A stretch of 47,194 nucleotides of DNA from a virus (IMGVR_UViG_3300048819_000088:1-47194), one strand, 5' to 3'; shown: positions 8,972 through 18,620, counted from the stretch's first letter. Notes: generated by a model not told the origin, from the sequence alone. Numbers and translations: made by a program.

Positions 8972-10597
8972 ATGCGTACACTAATATTTTTGATTCTACA
9001 AATCGCTTGTGTAATCACACAAAATGCTTATGGCGCGATTGGCAACACCGCAGTTTGGGAAGTCGAGCAAAACGCGACGGCATCGGATGTCAACGGCGGG
9101 GGCTTTGACCCCGGCATCGGAACTTGCGGGACAGACTACTCGCAACAGGCGGCGGCGCAATTTAGTTTTACCGATTTGGCCACGACAACAGGGACTACGA
9201 CTTGTGTGGTCACTTCGGCGTCACACAACTTCGTTTCAACCGACAGCTGTAATGCGGTTCACATAAACAGCGGAACGAGTTGGACAGCGGGTTGGTATTT
9301 TATCACGTCAGTATCGGGCAATGCTGCGACTCTTGACCGCGCGTGCGGTTCAGCGGCCACACTCACAGCGGGGACTTGGCACGAAGGTGGCGCCCTATCT
9401 TGGCAAGCCTCTTCGACTACAACTTGGGCAGCGGCAATTTCCGCAGGCAACACCATTTGGATAAAATACAGCGCAACTCAGTACACGTTCAACGGAAGCA
9501 TTGCAATCACCGACAGTACGGTCACGCATCAAGGTTTGATGTCGGGCTACAACACGGTTCGCGGGGATAACCCGACGGGCGCTAACAGGCCGGTCTTAAA
9601 TTTAGTCGGTAGCTCAAACGACGTGGGCGCCTATACTGTCGTTCAAAATTTAATTTTCACGGGCAATGCCGTCACACCAATGTCGAGTGACGGGTTTACG
9701 ACCTGGCAAAATAACAAGTTCATGAACACGAGTACGAGCTCGGGGCACTTCGGAGTCGGCAACGGGGCCGATGACCTTTTCATTAATAATGAGATTATTT
9801 CGCAAGCGGGCTTTGGCGCATCTAACAATGGTGATTCGACTTTTTACGGCAACTACTTTCACGACACGCCTACCTGTTACCGCTTTAGCGGAACAGCGCC
9901 CATGATGCTCTTATACAATATTTTTGTGGATTGCCCAACTGCGGCTATTTCTATAACTGCGGCTGAAATCGAAACGGCTTTGATTGCCAACAACACGCTT
10001 AAAGGCGGGAACGTCCAAGGCGTTGGCGTAAGTGTGGCCTCGGGCGCAGGCGGCGCTCGCTTGGTGGGCAACATCATAACGGATTTCGCAACTGGCATTT
10101 CGGCCACAACGGCCAATACCAACCAATGGTCGAACTGGAATGACTTCTTTTCGAACACGACCAATCGGACAAACTGGACGGCGGGCGCTTCCGACTATTC
10201 GGCGGACCCCGGTTTTCAAAGTGTAAAGGTGATTTCAGGTTCGGCGGGCACCGTGTCCGGCTCAGTGCTGACCGACGCTGCGGCTGACTTCACGAGTTTC
10301 GTCGACAATACCGACTACGTGATGTTCATCTCGGGATCCGGCCTCACGGTCACGCCTGGCTCAATCTTAGGTACTTCGCACACCACGCATTCGGTAACGC
10401 TTGCGACAGCGCCCGGCGGGTCCGGCTCAAACGTCAACTATGTAGTCGTTACGGGCCACAACTTCTTACCGGGGCCGAATGTAGTCAACAAAGCATTTCC
10501 CGGCATCTTTCCAGGGGCTTTGACGACAGGTTTTCTAAGCTCAGGCGCAGTTCAAAAATTGCCGGGTTTCCCGCGCAAATCCGGGGGGCAACACTAA
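8972..10597 (+). CDS. Ser/Thr/Asn-rich beta-helix-like protein with signal-peptide-like leader (putative head fibre/adhesin)
   Basis: Repeated xNNxF/I beta-helix pattern; MRTLIFLILQIACVITQNAYG leader. Confidence 0.65.
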   Translation: MRTLIFLILQIACVITQNAYGAIGNTAVWEVEQNATASDVNGGGFDPGIGTCGTDYSQQAAAQFSFTDLATTTGTTTCVVTSASHNFVSTDSCNAVHINSGTSWTAGWYFITSVSGNAATLDRACGSAATLTAGTWHEGGALSWQASSTTTWAAAISAGNTIWIKYSATQYTFNGSIAITDSTVTHQGLMSGYNTVRGDNPTGANRPVLNLVGSSNDVGAYTVVQNLIFTGNAVTPMSSDGFTTWQNNKFMNTSTSSGHFGVGNGADDLFINNEIISQAGFGASNNGDSTFYGNYFHDTPTCYRFSGTAPMMLLYNIFVDCPTAAISITAAEIETALIANNTLKGGNVQGVGVSVASGAGGARLVGNIITDFATGISATTANTNQWSNWNDFFSNTTNRTNWTAGASDYSADPGFQSVKVISGSAGTVSGSVLTDAAADFTSFVDNTDYVMFISGSGLTVTPGSILGTSHTTHSVTLATAPGGSGSNVNYVVVTGHNFLPGPNVVNKAFPGIFPGALTTGFLSSGAVQKLPGFPRKSGGQH

Positions 10598-11389
10598 ATG
10601 AGTTTATTTAAGCAATCAACTGCGGCCAACGTCGCCTTTTTGATGATAAGTAATGCCGACAACACGTCGCCGGTCACGGGGCTAACCCCTACGGTGACGA
10701 TTTCGAAAAACAATGCGGCTTTCGCAAGTCCCGGCGGCTCGGTCAGTGAAATCGGCAATGGTTGGTATTCACTCGCATTGAACACAACCGATGCGGGGAC
10801 ACTTGGTGAACTCTTACTGCACGCGACAGGTACGGGCGCCAACAACGTCGATGACCGCCACCAAGTGGTTGTGGACTTGCCAGGCGCCACCGTCTCAAGC
10901 GTAACCGGCAATGTCGGCGGCAACGTCACGGGGAGCGTTGGAAGTGTAGTAGGGGCCGTAGGCTCGGTTACAGGTGCGGTTGGCTCAGTCACGGGCAACG
11001 TTGGCGGTAATGTGGTCGGAAACGTCAACGGCAATGTCGTAGGCTCGGTCGCCTCGGTGACAGCGCCGGTTACTGTCGGCACCAACAATGACAAGACCGG
11101 GTACGCGCTTGCAGTCGCGCAAGTGCCGTTTAAGAAAAACACGGCGCTCGCGGGCTTCACGTTCCCGATGTTCAATTCGTCAGGCGCACCACTTACCGGC
11201 CTTACCGTCACCGCTCAGCGCGTGATTGACGGCGGCGTGATTGCGAGTTGCACGAATGCGGTCACTGAGGTCTCAAACGGCATTTACGCAATCAACCTGG
11301 CTGCAGCCGACCTTAACGGCAATAGCATTACGTTCTTGATGTCAGCCGCGGGCGCAGTTGTAACGACCTTCACGGCGGTCACTCAATAA
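10598..11389 (+). CDS. putative virion fibre/spike: two homologous beta domains flanking G-x-V repeats
   Basis: PVTGLTPTV...EIGNGWYSLAL vs PLTGLTVTA...EVSNGIYAINL; central VTGNVGGNVTGSVGSV repeats. Confidence 0.65.
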   Translation: MSLFKQSTAANVAFLMISNADNTSPVTGLTPTVTISKNNAAFASPGGSVSEIGNGWYSLALNTTDAGTLGELLLHATGTGANNVDDRHQVVVDLPGATVSSVTGNVGGNVTGSVGSVVGAVGSVTGAVGSVTGNVGGNVVGNVNGNVVGSVASVTAPVTVGTNNDKTGYALAVAQVPFKKNTALAGFTFPMFNSSGAPLTGLTVTAQRVIDGGVIASCTNAVTEVSNGIYAINLAAADLNGNSITFLMSAAGAVVTTFTAVTQ

Positions 11390-11925
11390 TGGCGGCAATC
11401 TTTTGGAAAACACCGGGCGGGGGCGGCACGAGCACTGACCCGGGCATTGCGAATGTACTGAGCGGCGTCGCCTACAAGATCAACGGCACCAATTTGGTGG
11501 GTACGCTCATCCAAGTTTTCAACACGATTCAAACGCAGGCCGTTCTTATTGGCCAATCACTTTCAGCTATTTTGACCGCAACAGGGGGCTCAGGCATGTT
11601 GTCATTCACTCAAGGCGACGAAGTTGTTTTAAACCTAACGGCGCAGGACGGGTCAGGCAATCCGATCAATCTCACTGCGGCCACGTTCTCAACACAAATG
11701 CTTGGTGTTGGTGCAGCGGGGCCGGTGACGTTCGGGAACTCACAACACGCCATTGTGAACGCAGCCCTTGGGCAATTCAGCCTTACGCTTGCACCAACGG
11801 ATACGGCGAGTGTGGGCATCGGCAACAACAAGGACATTCTTACGCAAGTCACGCAAAGCGGAAACCCCATGTACGTGCGCGGTACTGCGATCTTGACGGT
11901 CAATCCACCAATCCCGTTGTCATGA
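11389..11925 (+). CDS. putative virion adaptor protein with C-terminal Ig-like/BppU-like domain
   Basis: TQGDEVVLNLTAQDGSGNPINLT...GQFSLTLAPTDT pattern. Confidence 0.55.
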   Translation: MAAIFWKTPGGGGTSTDPGIANVLSGVAYKINGTNLVGTLIQVFNTIQTQAVLIGQSLSAILTATGGSGMLSFTQGDEVVLNLTAQDGSGNPINLTAATFSTQMLGVGAAGPVTFGNSQHAIVNAALGQFSLTLAPTDTASVGIGNNKDILTQVTQSGNPMYVRGTAILTVNPPIPLS

Positions 11926-12917
11926 AATTTTTAAGGGTCATCAAGGAATCGACCGAAGACTACGAGGCCGTGGAAAAGAAAATCCTGGTCCTCTTCAAGC
12001 GCGAGATTTATTTACCGCTTGTCCGTATTATGAAGCCAAATCGAAACGTGCTCACCAACGCCAAGCCCGGTCTACTCGACGCAATTAAGTATGGACGAAT
12101 TCAGTTTTATCGTGGAACCTTTAGTGGACGGTTTAATGCGAGCATTTCGAAAGAGCTGCAAGCACTAGGCGCGCGGTGGGACCGAAAACAAGGAACGTGG
12201 AAGGTTTCATCATCGTCACTTACTCCAGAAATCAAGCTCGCTATTCAAGCGAGCGCTTCGCAGTTTCAGCGGACCTTGGACGCTATCGACAAAAAGCTTG
12301 CGGCAATTTTACCGGGCGAAATTGCTGACCGCCTTAAAGTCGACACACTTTTCGACACCACTTTATGGAAAGTTGAGCGCGAATTTGCCGCAACGCTTAA
12401 AGGTTTGACTGTACCGCCTCAGCTTACGAAATCGCAGCGCGCGAGCATTGCCCGCGATTGGCAAAACAACATGAAGCTATTCATCAAGGACTGGACTCAA
12501 AAAGAAATTGTCGAGCTCCGAAAGAACATGCAAGAGTCGGTATTCGCAGGGAATCGGTACGAAACAGCGGTAAAGACCATTGAAAAATCGTACGGTGTCG
12601 CCACGGGAAAAGCGAAGTTTCTTGCTCGACAAGAGACCGGCCTACTCATGGCGAAGTTTAAGGAAGTCCGGTACAAAGACGTGGGGGTCAGAAAGTTTAA
12701 ATGGCGGTGTGTTTCGGGGACCGCGGCTCATCCAGTCCGGCCCGCGCACAAAGCACTTGATGGAAAAGTTTTCAGTTGGGACAATCCTAGAGAACTCGAC
12801 AAAAATGGCTTCGTCAATCCTAATGGTGCTCACAAACCGGGCGAAAACAAAAACCCCGGTGAAGACTACAATTGTCGATGTACTGCGGTTCCGATAGTCG
12901 AATTTGGGGGAAAGTAA
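11922..12917 (+). CDS. minor head morphogenesis protein (Mu gpF / SPP1 gp7 family)
   Basis: AKFLARQET, FKW, VRPAHKALDGKVFSW, PGEDYNCRC. Confidence 0.92.
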   Translation: MKFLRVIKESTEDYEAVEKKILVLFKREIYLPLVRIMKPNRNVLTNAKPGLLDAIKYGRIQFYRGTFSGRFNASISKELQALGARWDRKQGTWKVSSSSLTPEIKLAIQASASQFQRTLDAIDKKLAAILPGEIADRLKVDTLFDTTLWKVEREFAATLKGLTVPPQLTKSQRASIARDWQNNMKLFIKDWTQKEIVELRKNMQESVFAGNRYETAVKTIEKSYGVATGKAKFLARQETGLLMAKFKEVRYKDVGVRKFKWRCVSGTAAHPVRPAHKALDGKVFSWDNPRELDKNGFVNPNGAHKPGENKNPGEDYNCRCTAVPIVEFGGK

Positions 12918-12919
12918 AC

Positions 12920-13303
12920 ATGGACGTATTGACGAATTTTCTGGCAACTCTTTGCCTACTTTGCATGACCTGTTGCGCGCCGGTACAGGCCGCGACCAAT
13001 ACGACAGCCGTTCTTTCGCTCAATACGGCCACCACAAACGTGACCACGGGCGCCTTTGTCGTACTGTCTGCAAGCCTTCCTTTCGCACCTTCGCAAATCA
13101 TCGTCACCAACGCAACAACTTCGGTTCTCAAGTTCTCATACGGCCCAAGCGGTTCGGAAGTGGACTTTGTCGGAGTTGGCGGCTCGGCCACCATTGTAAT
13201 CGAGCAACTTTCTAAGCATCTCGTCACCGGCACTAGGTTCGCAGTCGAAGCGATAAGTGGAACAGCCTCAAGCGGCTACATCCTAGTGAGTTTGATTCCA
13301 TAA
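12920..13303 (+). CDS. small beta-rich protein with signal-peptide-like leader
   Basis: Hydrophobic leader ending VQA; GGGGGA RBS. Confidence 0.65.
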   Translation: MDVLTNFLATLCLLCMTCCAPVQAATNTTAVLSLNTATTNVTTGAFVVLSASLPFAPSQIIVTNATTSVLKFSYGPSGSEVDFVGVGGSATIVIEQLSKHLVTGTRFAVEAISGTASSGYILVSLIP

Positions 13304-14511
13304 TGAATTTGAGCGACGCACTTAAGAATTCAAAAGGCCAAATTTTCTATGGGATGCATTTTTATCCCGGCGTCGCGCAATATGATACTGACCAAGGCTC
13401 TTACCGCGTTTTCGTGAACGAAGCCACAATAAGACAGCTCAACCCCACCTTTGCAGGCCGCCCGGTCTTTGTTGAGCACGTTGACGGCGTCGACGAAGAC
13501 TTAGCCGTCGTTCGCAATGAAGCCGACGGTTGGGTTATTGAGAGTTTCTATAACGAGGCCGACGGTAAGACTTGGGCAAAATTCATCATAGTAAGTGACC
13601 GGGGCTTAGCTGCGGTCAAACGCGGCTACCGCTTATCGAACGCCTACACCCCCATGCTCGTTGACCACGAGGCCACATGGAACGGCGTCGACTACCAAAA
13701 GACGGTCACGGGGGGCGAATTTGAGCACTTAGCAATCGTCCAAAACCCGAGGTACGAAGAGTCAGTCATTATGACGCCTGACGAATTCAAAGCCTACAAC
13801 GTGAAACTGAAAGCAGACTTGGTAAAGTTCGCAAATTCGAAAGACAAAAAAGGAGACAAGCAAATGGGACTTAAGCTATTTAAGCGCCAAAAATTGGAAA
13901 ATGCTGTCGACATTGAAAACACAATGGTCGAACTTCCAAAATCGAAAAAAGAACTTTCGATTGCGCAACTCGTGAGTGATCACGATGCGATCTTGAACAT
14001 GAACGGGTACGCCAACGGCGACCACATGGTTAAGGTCAACGACAATGACGAAATGTCGGTCAATAAACTCGTCAAGGCTTATCAATCGAAATGCAAAGAG
14101 ATTGAAGCCATGAACGCCAAAGGTGACGAAGGCGGCGAGCCCGGCACCGGCGAAGACGACATCGACCCGGAAGTTTCGAAAAACGAAGCCCTCGAAGATT
14201 CGAGCGCCGATGTTGAACGCGACGACAATGGTGATGAATCTTTGGACAACGTCGAAGACGAAGGCAAAGGCGCCACCAAAGAGGGCGGCGACAACAACGA
14301 AGACGAAGACCAAGGCAAAAAGCGTAACAAGAAAATGAAAAACGCTGCGAAAGAGGCCGCTGAGCTGAAAATTGCTGAGGCCAAAGTGAAAGCCGCTCGT
14401 TTGAAAAATGCTCATTTGAAAAACCGCGATGACGGGGATGAAACTGCACGAGTCGACATGGCCGAAGACCAAGTCGCACGCGGTAAATCTCGTTATGGCT
14501 CAAGCAACTAA
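13303..14511 (+). CDS. prohead protease/scaffold (DUF2213-type)
   Basis: GRPVFVEH, LSNAY, EHLAIVQNPRY; acidic coiled C-terminal scaffold. Confidence 0.85.
   Translation: MNLSDALKNSKGQIFYGMHFYPGVAQYDTDQGSYRVFVNEATIRQLNPTFAGRPVFVEHVDGVDEDLAVVRNEADGWVIESFYNEADGKTWAKFIIVSDRGLAAVKRGYRLSNAYTPMLVDHEATWNGVDYQKTVTGGEFEHLAIVQNPRYEESVIMTPDEFKAYNVKLKADLVKFANSKDKKGDKQMGLKLFKRQKLENAVDIENTMVELPKSKKELSIAQLVSDHDAILNMNGYANGDHMVKVNDNDEMSVNKLVKAYQSKCKEIEAMNAKGDEGGEPGTGEDDIDPEVSKNEALEDSSADVERDDNGDESLDNVEDEGKGATKEGGDNNEDEDQGKKRNKKMKNAAKEAAELKIAEAKVKAARLKNAHLKNRDDGDETARVDMAEDQVARGKSRYGSSN
13864..14511 (+). CDS. putative nested in-frame scaffold protein
   Basis: AGGAG at 13851-13855, 8 nt upstream of in-frame ATG 13864 at the protease/scaffold boundary. 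Confidence 0.6.
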   Translation: MGLKLFKRQKLENAVDIENTMVELPKSKKELSIAQLVSDHDAILNMNGYANGDHMVKVNDNDEMSVNKLVKAYQSKCKEIEAMNAKGDEGGEPGTGEDDIDPEVSKNEALEDSSADVERDDNGDESLDNVEDEGKGATKEGGDNNEDEDQGKKRNKKMKNAAKEAAELKIAEAKVKAARLKNAHLKNRDDGDETARVDMAEDQVARGKSRYGSSN

Positions 14512-14533
14512 CCCAAGGAAAGGAAACTAAGTC

Positions 14534-15298
14534 ATGACTATTACCGCAAGCTCACTCTCTCAAGTCGCAACAGCTTCCACGACAATCACCGTATTGTCGG
14601 GCGCTGCAACGGGCGGTGTCGCCCCCGTTACCTACCAATGGTATCGGTCAACCACTTCGGGTTTCACTCCCGGTGCCGGCAATTCAGTTTCGGGCGGCAC
14701 TGCGCTGACCTTAAATGACTCCGGCCTTATTCCCAACACCAAGTACTACTACGAAATGGTGGCCGCTGATTCGACTGGCTCGCTCGCAAGTTCAAGCCAA
14801 ATCGCAATCGTGACGACGGCACCTGTTCTTTCGCAAAACCAATTTGCGCAAGTTCCCTTCGTAGGCGTTGTTGATTTGTCCGTTGGTTCCACCAATGTGA
14901 TCGCGTGCCAAATCGACGCGAGTGCGGGCACCAATGTGTACTACCCCGGTCAGTTCGTGAAAATCGTCGCCAACACCACGGGCGGTATTCCGAAAGTTAT
15001 TGGCTGCGCGGCCAAGAACGACCAAGCCTTTGGAGCAATCCGGTTCAACGTGAAAGACATCTCTTACGGTGCGGGCACCAACTGCGAAGTTGCGATGTTC
15101 GGAACTGTAATGTGGTTTTACGCAACGGGCGCAATCACGCAAATGGCCGAAGTGTGTCTCGACACCACGAGCCCGGGCGGCGTTCAAGCGACCGGCAACA
15201 CGGCGACTATTGTTGGATTGGCACTCGACGGGGCCGCAGCCGCAGCCGCTTTGATTCGTGTCATGTTAACCCCCAACCCGGCTTTCACAACCGCGTAA
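14534..15298 (+). CDS. capsid decoration/cement protein with N-terminal FN3-like domain
   Basis: Lies between protease and MCP; YQWYRS...LNDSGLIPNTKYYYEMVA FN3 pattern. Confidence 0.75.
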   Translation: MTITASSLSQVATASTTITVLSGAATGGVAPVTYQWYRSTTSGFTPGAGNSVSGGTALTLNDSGLIPNTKYYYEMVAADSTGSLASSSQIAIVTTAPVLSQNQFAQVPFVGVVDLSVGSTNVIACQIDASAGTNVYYPGQFVKIVANTTGGIPKVIGCAAKNDQAFGAIRFNVKDISYGAGTNCEVAMFGTVMWFYATGAITQMAEVCLDTTSPGGVQATGNTATIVGLALDGAAAAAALIRVMLTPNPAFTTA

Positions 15299-15325
15299 CC
15301 AAGGAAAGGTAAAGGAAATATATTT

Positions 15326-16417
15326 ATGCAACTACGTAAATTGAAACATCCAACAATTTTGAATTCAGCGGGAAAGCCGATCTTGCTGACCGAAGAAGAG
15401 CGCTACCATGCGGCTTGGACGCAGAAAATGGTCAATGAGCGTTACGGGGCGGCGTTGAAAAACGCCCTCGGTTACGAAGTGCCAATCACGACACTGACGA
15501 CAATCGTCAAAAAAGTGTCGATGATGAAACTTTATGAAATCGCGCCCGCCGACTACGTACCAATCAAAGTTGGTGAGGGAACTTGGTCTTCGAACCTGAC
15601 CACTTACCGCTCTTTCGACATTGCTGACGTGTTCGAATCTGGAATCATCAACACCGGCGGCAATAACACGCGCCAAAGTGTGGGCGATGCCGGCGTCGAC
15701 GCGCTCAACATCAAAGTCAACAACTGGGTTAAAAACTGCGGTTGGTCGATCTTTGATTTGCAGCAAGCGGCGAAGTCTGGAAACTGGGACCTCGTTACTG
15801 CGAAAGAGAAAACCCGTAAACGGAACTGGGATTTGGGCGTGCAGCGCGCGGCTTTCTTGGGGCTTCGCGGCCTCAATGGTGCCGGCGGACAAGCTCTTGG
15901 GCTCTTGAATCAAGCGGGCATCACGTTCAACACTACGTTGATCACGGCCCCTTTGAACAGCTTGACCCCGACACAATTGTCCACGTTCCAACAAGGTGCA
16001 GTTGCCGCTTACCGCAAAAATTGCAACTACACCGCTTTCCCGACGCATTTCGTAGTGCCCGAGTCGGACTACAACGGTATGGCTGCGCAAGCGTCATCCA
16101 CGTACCCGATCAAAACGATTTTGGAACTTCTTGAAGACGGCTTCAAAGTTATTTGCCGTAACAAGAACTTCAAAATCTTGCCCTTGGCTTATGCTGACGT
16201 TGCAAACGCCGGCGGCTCTTTGGCAACGGGCGCGAACACTGCGCAGTACGCACTTTACAACTACGACGAAGAGTCGGTTCGTATGGACATCCCGCTCGAC
16301 TACACCAACACCTTGGCGAACAGCTTGGACAATTTCATGTTCCAAAACGCCGGTTATGGTCAGTTGACGGGTGTACTCGCTTACCGTCCGCTCGAAATGT
16401 TGTACATGGGCTACTAA
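15326..16417 (+). CDS. major capsid protein (DUF2184-type)
   Basis: Position, size 363 aa, AFLG..GLLN motif, GVLAYRPLEMLY C-terminus, strong RBS, downstream terminator. Confidence 0.9.
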   Translation: MQLRKLKHPTILNSAGKPILLTEEERYHAAWTQKMVNERYGAALKNALGYEVPITTLTTIVKKVSMMKLYEIAPADYVPIKVGEGTWSSNLTTYRSFDIADVFESGIINTGGNNTRQSVGDAGVDALNIKVNNWVKNCGWSIFDLQQAAKSGNWDLVTAKEKTRKRNWDLGVQRAAFLGLRGLNGAGGQALGLLNQAGITFNTTLITAPLNSLTPTQLSTFQQGAVAAYRKNCNYTAFPTHFVVPESDYNGMAAQASSTYPIKTILELLEDGFKVICRNKNFKILPLAYADVANAGGSLATGANTAQYALYNYDEESVRMDIPLDYTNTLANSLDNFMFQNAGYGQLTGVLAYRPLEMLYMGY

Positions 16418-16445
16418 GCCCTTATCAGTCGATGGGCATTTAATT

Positions 16446-16477
16446 CGCCCGAGGACCAAACCCCCTCGGGCGTTTTT
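16446..16477 (+). terminator. rho-independent terminator after the major capsid gene
   Basis: CGCCCGAGG / CCTCGGGCG 9-bp stem followed by TTTTT. Confidence 0.8.
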
Positions 16478-16489
16478 GCAAGAGGGGCT

Positions 16490-16927
16490 ATGGCTTTCAA
16501 CAATCCTGCGGTTTCGGACTTTCAAAACCAGTTTTTTCGGGATTTCCCTTATGGGACAGACCCGAACGTTTCCGTTCTCGCGCAGGACATCGCTAACGCT
16601 TTCGTACAGGTCAACGCAAGCATCAATCAAAGTCTGTTCGGCGACCAAGCGACCTACACGTTTTACTATTTGCTTTTGGCGGCCCATTACATGGTGCTCA
16701 ATTTACGGGCATCGTCTCAAGGCCTTAACGGTCAATGGAATTGGGCTCAAAACAACAAATCAGTTGCCGGCGTCTCGGAAGGGTTTGAAATCCCTGAGCG
16801 CATCAAAGGCAATCCTGATTTCATGGCCTACTACAAAACTCACTATGGTGCTCAGTACATGAACTACTGTTTACCTCAGTTGGCCGGCCAAATGTTCAAT
16901 GTCCGAGGTTCCGGGGGCTTACCTTGA
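16490..16927 (+). CDS. head-tail adaptor (DUF4054-like)
   Basis: LLAAHYM, SVAGVSEGF, THYGAQY motifs. Confidence 0.8.
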   Translation: MAFNNPAVSDFQNQFFRDFPYGTDPNVSVLAQDIANAFVQVNASINQSLFGDQATYTFYYLLLAAHYMVLNLRASSQGLNGQWNWAQNNKSVAGVSEGFEIPERIKGNPDFMAYYKTHYGAQYMNYCLPQLAGQMFNVRGSGGLP

Positions 16928-17451
16928 GTGATGATGCCTTCACACTTCAAACTAAAGGCCTCGACGGCATTTTAAAGGCCCTCAAAAATAATATGTCGCG
17001 CGTACGCGTTGGCGTGCTCGGCGGCAAGACAATCCGCAATCAAGTCAAAGTCGAAGGGGGCAAGTCTGTCAATGCAGCCAATAAACGCCCCAAAGGCAAG
17101 TTCGACGTATCGACGAATGCGGCGGTTGGCGCAATTCATGAATTTGGTTCTGAGAAAATGCCTCAAAGGTCTTTCTTGCGTGTTCCGATTTCCGAAAAAC
17201 TCCAAGAACGACTCGAGTCAGCGGGCGCTTTTACTCCGGATGAATTTTCGAAAGTTGTGAAAGAGGCCTCACTCGTGCCGTGGCTTCACCGCATTGCCAT
17301 TGTAGCCGAGAAAATCGTGGGCGATGCTTTCGCCACCGGCGGCTTTGGCAAATGGCCTAAGTGGAAAACCAAGGGCTATGAAAACAACACCGGCATGTTG
17401 CTCGTGGACACTCAGCAACTTCGAAACAGTATTACCAGTGAGGTCAAGTAA
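16924..17451 (+). CDS. neck/tail completion protein
   Basis: VRVGV, AIHEFG, PQRSFLR, LVDTQQLRNSIT. Confidence 0.8.
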   Translation: MSDDAFTLQTKGLDGILKALKNNMSRVRVGVLGGKTIRNQVKVEGGKSVNAANKRPKGKFDVSTNAAVGAIHEFGSEKMPQRSFLRVPISEKLQERLESAGAFTPDEFSKVVKEASLVPWLHRIAIVAEKIVGDAFATGGFGKWPKWKTKGYENNTGMLLVDTQQLRNSITSEVK

Positions 17452-17855
17452 TGGCCTCAAACTTCACCATTGCAAACGCCTGCAACAAGCCGCTGTTCGA
17501 TAAATCGGGCACTGTCCCTGACGTTTCGGGAGCTCTTCAAGAATACTACCAACCAATGGTGTTTGAGCCTGTTGGCAAAATCGTAAACGGCTTTCAAATC
17601 ACTGAGCAAGGGACGCCGATCAACTTCCGCGGCACCATGCAGCCGTTTAGCGAGCGGGCACTTATATTGAAGCCCGAAGGTCAGCGCGCGTGGTCGTGGT
17701 TTCTCGTTTTCTCAGACCCGGTGCTTACCTTAAACGTTGATGACGTGGTCATTTGGAAGGGCACTCAGACCCGGGTCATGGCCCGCAAAGACTATGCGCT
17801 TTACGGCTACATTGAATACCACATGGTGCAGGACTGGACAGGGGCCGGCCCATGA
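17451..17855 (+). CDS. head closure/stopper protein
   Basis: GTMQP...KPEGQRAWSW pattern; position in neck module. Confidence 0.7.
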   Translation: MASNFTIANACNKPLFDKSGTVPDVSGALQEYYQPMVFEPVGKIVNGFQITEQGTPINFRGTMQPFSERALILKPEGQRAWSWFLVFSDPVLTLNVDDVVIWKGTQTRVMARKDYALYGYIEYHMVQDWTGAGP

Positions 17856-18604
17856 GCGTCACCCTTACGCAAACCCTATCGGCGGTGGGTCCTGGCATCT
17901 CTTCAAGCTTTGGCGCCTCGGGCGGAACGCCGCCATATGTGTATTCGGTGCGCCCGGGCGGCGCAGGCGGCACTATAAACAGCTCGACAGGCGTCTACAC
18001 GGCGCCGGTTAGCGTGCCAACAGTGCCGGCTCAGCAGTACGACACCATTGCCGCAACGGACAGCCTTGGGGCTGTAGGGACGGCTAAAATCTTGGTGGGC
18101 GACCCGCTCTTGCTTTTCTGCGACGTCATTCAAAACGGTCTAGGGCTCGCCAATGGCCGGGTCTACTTGTGGGACCAAAAAATGGGGATGCCCACCGACA
18201 ACGGGCTCTATGTAGCGATTTCGGTACTGTCGTGCAAAGCCTTCGGGAACGACAAAGCTTACACCGGCTCGTCGGGCGGTTTGTCCTCTATGCAGTCGGT
18301 CAACATGTCGGCTATTTTACAAGTCGACATCATAAGCCGGGACAGCTCGGCCCGCGTGCGCAAAGAGGACGTGCTCTTAGCACTTCAAAGCGACTATTCC
18401 GAGCAACAGCAAAATGCCAATGGCTTTTTCATCGGGAAACTACCCGCGGGCGCTCAGTTCACAAATCTTTCGTCACAAGACGGCGCCGCAATCCCTTACC
18501 GCTTCGTGATTTCGGTCATGATTCAATATGTCCACACTGCGACTCAAGCCGCGAACTATATGAGCCCTTCACCCTCACCAACCGTTAACTATGTACAAAG
18601 TTAA
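17852..18604 (+). CDS. tail terminator protein with N-terminal Ig-like domain
   Basis: Immediately precedes the sheath; N-terminal SGGTPPYVYSV...INSSTGVYTAP Ig-like repeat. Confidence 0.7.
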   Translation: MSVTLTQTLSAVGPGISSSFGASGGTPPYVYSVRPGGAGGTINSSTGVYTAPVSVPTVPAQQYDTIAATDSLGAVGTAKILVGDPLLLFCDVIQNGLGLANGRVYLWDQKMGMPTDNGLYVAISVLSCKAFGNDKAYTGSSGGLSSMQSVNMSAILQVDIISRDSSARVRKEDVLLALQSDYSEQQQNANGFFIGKLPAGAQFTNLSSQDGAAIPYRFVISVMIQYVHTATQAANYMSPSPSPTVNYVQS

Positions 18605-18620
18605 AAAGGAGAAATCTTAA

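Noticed and set aside
16433-16450. sigma54 promoter after the capsid gene
   Set aside because: Only GG-N10-GC spacing matches; it overlaps the terminator hairpin and lacks the TGGCAC/TTGC context
13876-16687. Long antisense ORFs (13876-14472, 15365-16090, 16094-16687) and similar ones such as 10594-11211, 35468-36178 and 40940-41539
   Set aside because: Shadow frames of strongly biased sense genes, with no motifs or RBS
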